A stretch of DNA of 64,000 bases from the human T2T-CHM13v2.0 reference genome, Homo sapiens: NCBI RefSeq assembly GCF_009914755.1, contig NC_060930.1. One strand, written 5' to 3'. Position numbers and translations under genes: made by a program. Positions within the stretch are counted from its first letter, which is position 1. Each line of letters begins with the position of its first letter. This document shows positions 1 to 12,686 of the stretch, in pieces. The notes under the pieces are model-generated. The model was not told the origin of the DNA, made no database searches, and saw only the letters and a list, made by a program, of their open reading frames with translations.

Positions 1-971
1 CCAATTCCAATTAAAATACAGAAAAGTTTAAATAATTGTTAAATATTAATCCACCCAAAATGCAACCGTTTAAATAGTAATGATTTAAATAATTGTTAAA
101 AATAGAATTATATAATTAAAATATAAATGCAAGAAAACTTTTTGAAAGAAAATAAAAACACAATATACATGATTTTATCTAAAATCATAGATTATACTGA
201 CAAAGAGCAGCAAAAACAGAGGAGTAGCTGAATACTCTGAGCTTCTTACTAGGGACAGGGTTTCACTCTAGATTCAGATATTTAGAAAGTACGGGTTAAA
301 AAGGCCTTGACAAATGTAAGGATGATTACAAATAGAAGTTAAAATAGAACATATGGCATTAGACCATAAAGAAAATCTTTATTCTGCCCATCTCCTCCCT
401 AGAAGGGAATTGTTCAGAACATTCTTGTCATAATTTATAAAATAAGAAAAGAAACAATAAAGTCAAAAAAGAGAAGACAAAGACTACTTGGAAATTAAAA
501 ATAAACTATTAAGGATCCTAGGAAGATGATAAATCTAAACATGTCTGACTTCTCCTCATACCCAACTCCAAAATATCAGCCTGTGAATCCAAGTGTCTAC
601 TGAGTAAAGTGAGGTATGAAATTCGAGGGCTTCCTAGCAGGGGAAATGATTGAGAAGACCCTAAAGACAAAGATTGGAAAATTAGCAAATCCTGAGAAGA
701 GTACAGGCCACTGAAATCTAAAAACCCTAGAGATCAGGTCAACATTGGCCCCAGGTCATGTGCCTGACCTTCCTATGGGCTGAACATATTTGAAGCCTAA
801 GATGAAACACTTTACAGAGTAGAGGATGTAGGGAACATTTCTCCAGTTATGATCCACCAAGATAAAGAACACATATATTTCCTTCTTGTGTAGACTGCCA
901 CCACTTAGAGCACTCCAAAAACCAGATTTGAGCCCCAGTGAGCCAATAAGGAAAATGGGAATAAAGTAACT

Positions 972-1479
972 TGTTGGGAACAGGCACCCAAATCTGGCCA
1001 TAAACTGGCCCCTAAACTGGCCATAAACAAAATGTCTGCAGCACTGTGACATGTTCGTGATGGCCATGATGCCCCCGCTGAAGGCTGTGGGTTTACTGGA
1101 ATGAGGTCAAGGAACACCTGGCCTACCCAGGGAGGAAAACCACTTAAAGGCGTTCTTAAACCACAAACAATATCATGAGTGATCTGTGCCTTAAGGACAT
1201 GTTCCTGCTGCAGATAACTAGCCAGACCCATCCCTTTATTTTGGCCCATTCCTTTGTTTCCCATAAGGAATACTTTTAGTTAATCTATAATCTATAGAAA
1301 CAATGCTCATCACTGGCTTGCTGTCAATAAATATATGGGTAAATCTCTGTTCGAGGCTCTCAGCTCTGAAAGTTATGAGACCCCTGATTTCCCCACTCCA
1401 CACTCTATATTTCTGTGTGTGTCTTTAATTTCTCTAGCGCCACTGGGTTGGGGTCTCCATGACCGAGCTGGTCTTGGCA
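972..1479 (+). mobile_element. MER9a-type solo LTR (HERVK9/HML-3)
   Basis: Starts TGTTGGGAACAGG..CTGGCCATAAACTGGCCCC, ends GACCGAGCTGGTCTTGGCA; internal AATAAA; degenerate 6-bp flanks gtaact/gaaacc. Confidence 0.88.
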
Positions 1480-2088
1480 GAAACCTGTAAAGGAGCCAAA
1501 AGGCAATTAGAAGGAGAAAAGAACTGCACCCCAAGAATTCTATATCCAGGTAAGACATGATTTGCCTGTCTGGAAAAAGGAAGACGTTAGCAGTTAGGCA
1601 AAAAATTCAGATTAAAAATCTATATATTCCCATCTGAGAAAATTACTCCAAAGAACAAATGAATGTGAACAAGAAAGAGAAAATGAAGAAAAGGAAAAAG
1701 TGGTAGGTGACAAATCTTGCAGTATATAAATGCCATTAAATTTAAATTGAACCCAATTTAAATTTAGATCCAAACAATTTAGATCCAAACAAAACAAGAT
1801 CCAAACAAAAAAATTCTTGAAATAAAAGTGACATTCATGTCTGTAAGAGAAATTCATAAAACAAACAAACAACAACGACAAAAAAAAACTACTAAGTTTT
1901 TTCAGTAATACCTGTAGGGATTGGGTTGGGGAAAATGTTCCAGTAAAATTTTCCAATAAAAGCTAGGGGGGAATGGGTGGTGAGAATAAAAGCATGCCAA
2001 AGACTTCTAAAGTAAGAAGAAAGGTAAGGTATTAGAAACTATTCTAAAATTTCTATATGATGAGGGGAGGATGAAAAGAACATCTTGA

Positions 2089-2388
2089 GGCTGGGCATAG
2101 TGGATCACACCTGTAATCCCAGGACTTTGGGAGGCCAAGGCAGGTGCATCACGAGGTCAGGAGCTCAAGACGAGCCTGAACAAGATGGTGAAACCCCATC
2201 TCTACTAAAAATGCAAAAATTAGCCAGGCATGGTGGCGGGCACCTGTAATCTCAGCTACTTAGGAGGCTGAGGCAGAGAACTGCTTGAACCTGGGAGGCA
2301 GAGGGTGCAGTGAGCCAAGATTACACCACTGCACTCCAGCCTGGCCAACAGAGTGAGACTCCGTCTCAAAAAAAAAAAAAAAAAAAAA
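2089..2388 (+). mobile_element. AluS (Sg-like)
   Basis: Full dimer with poly(A); TSD aaaagaacatcttg. Confidence 0.95.
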
Positions 2389-2600
2389 AAAAGAACATCT
2401 TGGTGGGGGAGAGTTGGTACTTTATTTTCAAGTAATAACAGAGAAATATATCTGATTATGAATATAAGGAAAGGAAAGGTAACCAATAATATAATGAAAA
2501 GTTAATAGACAGTTCAGGTTAACAAAGAGGAAAATGCAACTAATACCAATTATCACACAGAAACAATTTTTTAAAAAGGAAAGTTAAAGAGGTAAAATTA

Positions 2601-2903
<303 letters not shown>

Positions 2904-4869
2904 TTAATAAACAAAGTAGAAGGAATAAAGCGACATACTTTAGCATACAAATGTTGAATGGACTAAATTCTTGTGTTAAAAATAAGAGGCTACAGACTGA
3001 GTTAAATAAAACCAACTATATTTTCAAGTACACACTTAGAAAGTAAAGGAATTTTTCCAATGAAGGATTGAGTTTGATGCTTGAAAATAATGACTATATT
3101 GACTACATACAAATTATGCTTTATAATTACATTCTTAATAGATAACCTCCAGGTTTTAACAAGACAGCATCAAATCAGGAAAACTCAAAAAACATGGCTT
3201 TGGGGTTTACTCTAGTTTGTTCACTTGGAGCTAAGTGCTAGCAACGTCGGGGAAACTGTCCAGAGTGAAGGTCAAGGAAAACGCTGGATGGACAGGTTGG
3301 GAGAGTGAAGGTTATTAGCTTTTTATGACTCTTGTATCCTCAGACTAAAACCCTAAAAAAATTACACAATTTTATCACAAAAAAACAAATTGTCTTTAAT
3401 GAACCACTTTTCAGTTTTAACAACTAACATCCACTATGCCACACTGCTACATTACCAACTAATTTCACAAAAGGACTAGTCATCAAACACGTAACCACAC
3501 ACTGATACACTATAAATGTATATCAGTTACTGGTCCCTGAGGATATGTGATCATGTATTTGCTATGTCCGAAAACCAGAGGATCTCAGCATGATAGTTTT
3601 GGCAATGACCTACCACAGTGAAACAAAAAGGATGGAGATACATGAATGGGAGAAAAGATCCACAACAAATTCAAGGAAAAGCAAGCAGGACAGGTAGTAT
3701 TAGTATCAAGCTAGGATGAATTTAGGATTAAAAGCAATAAAAAGAAGTACATGATTTAATAACAAAAAGCATGATTTGGGTGACAGAAATATCAATTGTA
3801 TATCTGGAGAAATCAAACCTAGTATCTAAATACAAAGGTATTAAATATGCAAAGCAAACTTAATTATAATGTAAGGCTTCAAGTATCTCTTATATGGGGT
3901 AGAGCTAGTAAAGAGAGTAAAGGAATTTACTAATATAAACTTTAATACTTAATTGCATAATCAAAGAGAAAATGTTGTATTCTTTAAATAGTAAAAATAA
4001 TTTCACTGTTGTTATGTCTAAGAAATATCCAGAAAAGACAACATATGATGTTATAGACAAGATTAACAAAATGTTTTCAAAAGATTTTACAGACTAAATT
4101 TTCTGATTAAATTCAATGAAAGTAGGAACAAATAACAAAACATAACAAAATACATTTGGTTGAAAAGACAAAGACATATTTTGAAGTCACACTATAAGAT
4201 TTGAAGTCACACTATAAGTTTTGACAGGCCAACCATGTAGCTAAATTTTTTGAAAGTTAATTCTAAACTCTTTGAAATTTTCCAACCTCAGATTCCAAAA
4301 AGCAACTTTTACTCCTATTGTTACATGTTTAAGTAACAGTCTTAGGCAATCTTCATCTGTCATATAAGCATTATCTTAAGTTTCAGTATACCATACATCA
4401 GACACATGGTTATTTAAGTGATTTAAAAGATTTCAAAACTATTTTTAAATGATTTCATATCTGTTTTTTCTTCTGTGCTTCAAATTCAGTTATCTCAGAT
4501 TGTTTTTACTTATTTGATAGTCTTTGTCTCTATATTGCTTCATTTTAAAAGGTCAATGCTCCCTCCTCGTAAGAGAGAGAAAAACAAAAAGCCCTTAAGT
4601 GATTAACGTTTGGCAAAAGTGTTTGTGAATTGTTCCTTAATAATTACAATTTTTGATAAGAAATTACCAAAATTAATTTTATAACTGCTGTGATAATTGT
4701 AATTCAGAAATTCAATTTAGAAAATAATCACTGAATACACTCCAGTGCCCGGTACACAGAAAGGAATAAATGAACTAACGCTCAACCAAGAAGGGGATAG
4801 TCAAGTACACAAGGCAAGCCTCAGAGCTATTATACTTTCGTCGAAAGGTGTCTATTGCTCCAGGTAGTT

Positions 4870-6250
4870 TTTGACCATCTGAAATTATGTATATTTTAAG
4901 TAAAAATTCCTCAGATTTTGTTTGATGAAACTGACATATTTGAATAATACAGAGACCCTTTAAAAAACACAGAATGTTCCACATTTGGGATTTGTTTAAT
5001 GCTTCCTCATTATCAGATTAGAGCTAGATACCCATAGTCAGAATGCTAGGTATAGTACTGAACTAGTACATAATGTTCATTTTATCCTCACTGCTGATGT
5101 TAACTCTGATAAGCTAGTAAGGGGTTGTCCAATTTCTCAACTCTCTAGTCTATTATTTTGCCCTTGCAAGTTATAAGCAATCCACAGAAAGACATTTACA
5201 ACCATGAAAATATCTTATAAAAATTTCCCTCCCAGACTTAGCATCCATTGATTATTCTTTTTTATTTATTTTTGCTGTATTTTATTTATTTATTTTTTTA
5301 TTATACTTTAAGTTCTGGGGTACATGTGCACAATGTGCAGGTTTGTTACATATGTATACATGTGCCATGTTGGTGTGCTTCACCCATTAACTCCATTGAT
5401 TATTCTCACTAGAGCTGATCTTTACTATGGTGGTGGCAAAATAATTTTCCAAATCCAGGACTCAGAACATTTACCAATCAGCATTCTGCTAAAAGCTAAA
5501 CCATCTCTTCTGCTCATTTATTACCAGTATGGCAGTATGGACTCATAGATTCCTATTTTTAGCAAAGTTCATAATTCATTACTGTCCTTCTGGTGTCCAC
5601 ACTATATCCCAGATCTGGCCAGTGGGAGCACCTTCAAGTTGGCTCCTGCATCCTTTCGACATACATTGTTTTTGTTGGGTTGGGGATGTACTTTCTTACT
5701 TTCTGGCATAAGAAGGTATTCTATGCCTATCCTGCATCCTCCCTACCCGGCTCTAGAATAAGACATTTCTCTGAAGATCTCTGGTTCTTTTTGGTGAGGA
5801 ATGGTGTTAGACACCAAAATCTTCGTGCTGGATATGCTTATTATTACCAGGGTGCCTCTGCTTATAGGTCCTGTCAGTGGACAGAGCTAGGAAATGAGTT
5901 TATGTGTATCACATATTACATACACAAACACAATCATGTATATGTATTCATATACATGCACATACATGTGAACATATATATTCAAATATTTTAAAAATTC
6001 TAATCCATCTCACAGAGTTCTTCACTGCCTTCCTCCATTTCATATTTGTATCTTTCTCCTTCCTCACTGAGAACCCTGACTCCCAACATCAGTACCCATT
6101 TGCTCAATCCTACAACACTTCTAAAGTAGTTTGGCGTTTCACAACCATAATTACAGCAAAAAACAAACCTAATAAAAAAGGAGTTCAAGATTTGTTTGCA
6201 GTTCTTCCCATCTCATCTCTCATGAGGGTCTGCATTCAAATCCTATGTTC
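4870..6250 (-). mobile_element. Old L1MC/ME-type 3' region fragment
   Basis: Resembles L1MC 3' UTR segments; heavily diverged, boundaries approximate. Confidence 0.5.
5259..5391 (-). mobile_element. Ultra-short L1PA 3' end (about 90 bp plus tail)
   Basis: ttatactttaagttctggggtacatgtgcacaatgtgcaggtttgttac...cacccattaac; perfect 15-bp TSD tccattgattattct at 5244-5258 and 5392-5406. Confidence 0.93.
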
Positions 6251-7281
6251 CTAAGTTACTTCATTTTCCCCCCCACCAACTTCAATGTGATTCAAAGTAG
6301 GAATTTAACTAATATTTAATCTATATAATATCCACCAGGTAACAAGCTTTTTATAACATAAAAGGTAACTTAGAGAAATTGCAATTAATGAAAATATATA
6401 TTAATTGAGAAAAATCACATAAGCGAAAGGTACTAATGTAAAGAATAGTGTTAAAATGAATATGAAAATTAAATTCCAAAGAATCAAATTATAAAACAAA
6501 GGTGATATATACTTCTATTTAGTAAATTAACAAGTAAAAATAAGTAATTTGACTCCAGTGAGGTCATAAGTAGATGTTTTAAAGCCACATGCTCCTTTTC
6601 TCCTACTAGTTACTTGTAGACACTTTGATTATGATGTTGGTTTTTGGTAAGCGGCCTGGGAAAGATTTTCTGCTGAATGCAGGAAGGATGAAATAACAGA
6701 GGAAACAAGAGTTACTAATACCCAAGAGATAACCAGGCAAAGGAACTGAAAAGAGTTCAGTCACAGCTCCTCCTTGCCTCTCCTAGGCACACTGGAAGTA
6801 AAACATAATCAAGAATGTTAACAGTAGTAACCATTCAAAGACTGAAAGCCAACGAAGCATTTGTCTTAAAATATGTTTGGGTGATGAGAATATTTTCAAA
6901 TAAGAAAGCAGTTACTATGGGTCATTTGCTAAATAATAAAAATAGCTATATTATACATAAAAAAATACAACCAGCTACATACCAAATAGCTTAGTCATTA
7001 AGCATACTATAATAATAGTGATTACATTAGTGTTTTATGTCTATTTCTTTAAAATAATTTTTAAATAAAATATAAATGAAAGAATTAAACATTTCATTTT
7101 GTGAAAGAGGCAGAGGGTAGAAAACAGAAAAATGCTGCTCAGCAAAGTAGTAAGACTTTTTCCCCCATACTTAATCCTTCCTTATATAAGAACAGTTCTT
7201 CAACATTCAGAAAAATATTTTACCACCACAATTTCCTTCTCAAAAAGAGTAACACTAATTCAAATAAGCATGAGAAAACGA

Positions 7282-7386
7282 TTTTTTTTTTTTTTTCCCA
7301 GAGATGAGATCTTGCTGTATTGCACAGGCTGGATTCAAACTCCTAGGGCTCAAGCAATCCTCCTGCCTCAGCTTCCAAACCCAGCT
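7282..7386 (-). mobile_element. FLAM / Alu monomer
   Basis: Poly(T) followed by agagatgagatcttgctg...ctcaagcaatcctcctgcctcagc. Confidence 0.8.
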
Positions 7387-7424
7387 CATTCTATTTTTTT
7401 TTTTAATGAATTGAAGCAAAAGAA

Positions 7425-7426
<2 letters not shown>

Positions 7427-7462
<36 letters not shown>
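7427..7462. repeat. (AC)18 microsatellite; (UG)18 in RNGTT pre-mRNA
   Basis: Read directly. Confidence 0.97.
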
Positions 7463-7468
<6 letters not shown>

Positions 7469-7617
7469 TCTAGTCAGCAGAGTAAAAAGACTTTTCCGAT
7501 AGGAAGTAAAGGAGACCATGCAGTCAATTCTATATATTCCATTCTGCTTGCTAGGAAGCTAGCATTTCTCAGTTTTAAATGTGCAGACCTTACCTGGTTA
7601 ACAAACCAGAACCTTCT

Positions 7618-7924
<307 letters not shown>

Positions 7925-8012
7925 TACCTAAGCCTCCCAATACAAGTGGGAGGCCAGATCCCCTTAAAGAAGGTATTGCAATACTACTACAACCATGTAC
8001 AGTACTGTAAAT

Positions 8013-8229
8013 CCACAGTTGGCAAACTATAGTCTACAGGCCACATCTGGCCTCACACCTGTTTTTGTAAATAAAGTTTCACTGTGACACAGTCATGCTC
8101 ACTCATACACATATTGTCTAGCTTTGATTTAGCACCACAATGGTAGACTTGAGTAGTTGAGATACATAGGCAACAAACCCTAAAATATTGACTATCTGGC
8201 CTTTCATAGAAAAAAAGTGCTGACCCTTG
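8013..8229 (+). mobile_element. MER58A (hAT-Charlie MITE)
   Basis: ggcaaactat...gtttttgtaaataaagttt...ctatctggcctttcatagaaaaaa..gacccttg; perfect 8-bp TSD ctgtaaat. Confidence 0.9.
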
Positions 8230-8318
8230 CTGTAAATCTTCCAACAGTTTTTCAAAGGATGAGCAGCATTTGCTAAAGTGATTGTTCTGGTAATCCCCGA
8301 TGGGTAATCCCCTAGTGG

Positions 8319-8470
8319 TCGTGTCTGTTTAAAGTAAGTGTCTGGTAACCCCCTAGTGGTACGGATGTTCTTTCTTTCAAAAGAAAAATCTAATAAAAAA
8401 ATTATAATCCAAAAGAAAGAACACCCAGACCACTAGGGGATTACCAGACACTTACTTTAAACAGACACGA
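8319..8470. repeat. 59-bp inverted repeat (arms 8319-8377 and 8412-8470, 34-nt spacer)
   Basis: 55 of 59 positions are Watson-Crick complementary by manual alignment. Confidence 0.95.
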
Positions 8471-9084
8471 ATTGCCAGGAACCCAAAATGCCACTGCAGT
8501 CCGTAAGTTAAATGGAGAGCTTAGGGTAATCAGGTGATAAATGGATTACTGGCTCAAGTTTAAATCTAAGTGTGACGGTATGTCCACAAATACAACCTGC
8601 GGTTATTTTCCAGTTACTGGATGTATAACTGGAAGAGAAATACTTGGAAAACGAATTTCCACATTGGCTGTCTGACCCACGGAATAAGGGTCATTATGCT
8701 AGGAAAGGCCAAATAAAAGCCCCTTCAACCAGCCTTCCCTACCAGGGAAATAAACCAAAAGCAGTAACATATCTCCAAGGGAAATACAAAAATTAGTACC
8801 ACCATCAGAGATTTAGAATGATTTTTGATTATCATAAATTTAATCATGTTAAACCAAGTGCAGCTGCCATTTCAGATGTGCTGTCTTTAACGAAACCAAT
8901 CAATGTAGCCTCTAAAATCTTATATACAAGTTGGCAAATACTTTTTTCTCTGTACCAATCTGTGGTACTATCAGAAGACATCTGCCTTTGCCTAGAATGA
9001 CCAATAGTATATCTTGCAGCCACAGCATACTGCTTTTCTGCTCTCTGCCACAGTAGAATCTACAGAGACAGTGGTCTTTTTAAA

Positions 9085-9320
9085 AAATAGTAAATATATA
9101 TTTAGTATTTATTATGTAACATGCAGTAGTTTAAAGGACTTACATGTATTATGTCATTAAAGTCCCACACGAGGTAGGCACTATTATCCACATAATGAAG
9201 TTACAGAAACACAAGCAACAGAGAGATAACCTGAGTAAAGAGTGGCAGAGCTTGAATTGAAATCCAGCTGGCATAATATCCAGAGTCTCTTTGCTTAAGA
9301 GGATCCACTACAGTCGTCTA
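9085..9320 (-). mobile_element. MIR
   Basis: Reverse complement of MIR core: gaggtaggcactattat...gtggcagagcttgaattgaaatccag. Confidence 0.7.
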
Positions 9321-9334
9321 AATGAAAGGTATTT

Positions 9335-9652
9335 TCTTTTTCCTTTTTTTTAAGGAAGGGTCTCACTCTGTCACTCAGGCTGGAGTGCAGTGGCCCCACC
9401 ACAGCTCACTGTAGCCCCAACCTCCCCAGGCTCAGGTGTTCCTCCCACCTTAGCCTCCAAGTAGCTGGGACTACAGGCATGTGCCATCATGGCCAGCTTT
9501 TTTTTTTTTTTTTTTTTTTTTTTGTATTTCTTGTTAGAAATGGGGTTTCACCAGGTTGCCCAGGCTGGTCTCAAACTCCTGGACTCAAGCACTATGCCCA
9601 CCTCAGACATCTCAAAGTGCTGGGACTACAGGAGTGAGGCACTGTGCCTGGT
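9335..9652 (-). mobile_element. AluJ
   Basis: Antisense dimer with J-type acagctcactgtagcc and expanded middle T-run. Confidence 0.9.
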
Positions 9653-9664
9653 GGAAGAGTTATT

Positions 9665-9967
9665 TTGTTTGCGTATTTATCCATGTGTCAGTTGATAAAT
9701 ATTTGGGGTTGTTTCCACCCTTTGGCTATTATGAATAATGCTGATAAGAAGATTTACGTACAAGTTTTGTGTGGGCATATGTTTTCATTTCTCTTGGGTA
9801 TATACTTGAGAGTGGAATTGCTGAGTCACATGGTAAGTCTATCTTAAACATTTTGAGGAACTATGTAACTGTTTGCCACACTGGCTGCACCAACTTACAA
9901 TCTCAACATCCATGTGTAAGGACTCCAATTTCTGTCTCTCACTTGTTATCGTCTTTCTAATTTTTTT
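9665..9967 (-). mobile_element. L1M fragment (ORF2 end / 3' UTR start)
   Basis: ttggctattatgaataatgctg...tcttgggtatatac..gagtggaattgctg. Confidence 0.82.
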
Positions 9968-11320
9968 CAGAGACAGTGGTCACTCTGACACTACACAGAA
10001 CAAATCACTGATCAACAATGCTGATGATTTTGTACTTATTAAGAGTGATAAAGAGGAAGTATAAAGTTCTTTAGACATCTTGCTAAGACACATGTAAGAC
10101 AGAAGACATAAAACCCACAAAAATTAAGAGCCCATTGCCTAAGTAAGATTTCTAGGGGTCCAATGGTTGGAAGCCTATCAGGATAGCTTCTCCAAGGTGT
10201 CAGAGACAAGTTACTCTACTTGCACTATCAGTGGATACTAAAAAGGACGTTACAAAGATTAACAATCACTGTGGATTTTGAAGCAGTACTCCAACTCATT
10301 GACCAAGGAACCTGTTAGGCTACCATTTTTAAGTTGAAATCAGAACAAAAGATGGCTCTGCAGCAAGTTCATGCTATAGTATAAGCTGCTCTGCCACTTG
10401 GGCCTTATAACCCAGTATATCAATTGTCTGGAGCCTCTGAATCCTTCCTCCAAGATCTTGTGGCAAGAATGACAGCTGGGCAGCAACTGGCTTCTTATGA
10501 ACCCTATAAGGCCTCCTCCAATCTTCTAAATTTTAATAATCTACCCTCATTTCTTCATTACCCCAGTTCGCTGCATGGTAGACGCTTCCTGCAGTGCTTG
10601 CTTCCTCTGCAAGACTTTTTCATCTCTTCAGTTCTTTCGTAACAGACAATTCTTCAACTAAATTCATTCTGTTAAAATATTTGCTGTGTTTCTGTTTTTA
10701 ATTAAATCCAAACTGGTATGTCTATTAACATCACACAACTATGTGTGAATGTAAAATCAAACAACAAATGTAGATGCTAGGTCTGAGTTCAACCTCAAAG
10801 CTCTAGGAAATCTTGTATCTCAACAGACTAGACCAATTTCTAAAAGATACTATTAGAGATTTTTAGAATACTATTAGCAACTTTCCTGGAAACACATACA
10901 GGAAGACACATGTATACAACTATATTTTACAAAAGACTTTTACAGTGAAAAAGACATTGAATATTTCCAGTTTCTCACTATTGTAATGATGCTTCAATAA
11001 AATTATTATACACATACTTTTACATATTCTTATTTGTTTGTATATACATTCCATCACTGAATATTTCTGGAGTGCCTACTATAAACAAGTCACCATGCTA
11101 TGTACTAAGAATACAACTATGTAGAAGACAAACAACATCTCTCCTTTCACAAAATTGGAGCATATTTTCTCAGGACATATACTACCTTAATGCCCATTGA
11201 AAGAGTTGTACCAACTTCTGTTCCTACCAAACAGTTTAGGAGAGTACCTATTTGCTCACATTCTAACCAAAAGGGACAATGTTATTATTTCCAATGTGAT
11301 AGGTAAAAAATTACATTTTG

Positions 11321-11619
<299 letters not shown>

Positions 11620-12454
11620 TTACATTTCATTCTTGTTTTAGAATGTATATTTTTTATTAGAAGGACAAAAATTTTTATATTTTCACAGCAAAGTGAGGCT
11701 TCTTCATTCAGGGCACTTTTTTTCCACTTGATAATACAGAGTTATGTTTTTAATCCATGACTTAACCATACATTCTGCTGAGGTTCAATTAATAATTATA
11801 ACCATTTTTTAAAGCAAACATTTATTTATTGAGTTTTATGCTGAATTTACATGCATCATTTATTTAATCCCCACAAAACCTGATAAAGTAGTATTATTTT
11901 TTCATCTTAGCCCATTAGCTTGTAAATTCTATAAAGGCAGACTTATATTTACTTTGTTTACCCATGCAATTAAATATTGAGTATACATAAATCTTCAGCA
12001 CAACAAATCTACAAAATAAACATTATTCCTGTGGACATTTTACAGATGAGGAAGGTTAGGTAGGTTAAGTTAACAAGACCACACAGCAAATAAGTAGTGG
12101 AACTTGGATTTGGTTCTGGGCAAACTTGGCCAATAACCTATGTTCTTAACCACTATATGCTATATATACCAGTATATATACTGTCAAGGTTATTTTAAGA
12201 GACTTGTTACAAAAACCTCTATAATGAAAAGTTACTGACTTTGCTGTGCTCTTGCTCTCCAGGTGTTTAACAGTTATGACAAATTACACAAAAAAGCTAA
12301 AGATATATGCATTTTAAAAGAGAAAATTAACAGAGATTGGAATCAAATAGGAAATGATTCACACAGAAAGTTGGACTTAGTGCAGCAAGTAACAGGTAGT
12401 ATTGCAGAGGCAGCAAGAAGGGAAGATGCACTTTTAAATTTGTTTTGATTAAAA

Positions 12455-12686
12455 CAATAAAAATAATGGCAAATATTTAAACGTTTACCATGTACCAGGT
12501 TCTGTTCTAAACATTTTACATACATTAGCTTATTTAATCCTTACAGACGTCTTATGAGGCCAACTTATTTTATTGATGAAGAACTTGACACACAGAAAAA
12601 AGTAATGTGCTCAATCACACAGACAGTAAGGAGATAACCTAGGCAGTCCAGCTTTAAAACCTGAACTCTAAAATACTATTCTATAC
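12455..12686 (-). mobile_element. MIR
   Basis: tttaccatgtaccaggttctgttctaaacattttacatacattagcttatttaatcc matches the MIR 3' end in reverse; more MIR pieces at about 11815-12165. Confidence 0.75.

Larger units (their letters stand above)
7940..10420 (+). mobile_element. ERVL internal remnant (protease-RT region), interrupted by MER58A, an inverted duplication and a composite insert
   Basis: Collinear similarity to HERV-L pro/pol as recalled: ggattaccagacact (decayed GLLDTG), ggaaaggccaaataaaagcc, attagtaccaccatca, decayed YxDD near 10015, gctgctctgccacttgggcc. No intact ORF. Confidence 0.8.

Noticed and set aside
1761-1806. 15-bp tandem duplication aatttagatccaaac (similar small duplications at 4181-4220 and 44431-44460)
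   Set aside because: Ordinary slippage duplications with no spacer structure; not CRISPR-like.
8345-8362. CCACTAGGGGG in the hairpin arms as CTCF sites
   Set aside because: Lacks the C that follows GG in the CTCF core.
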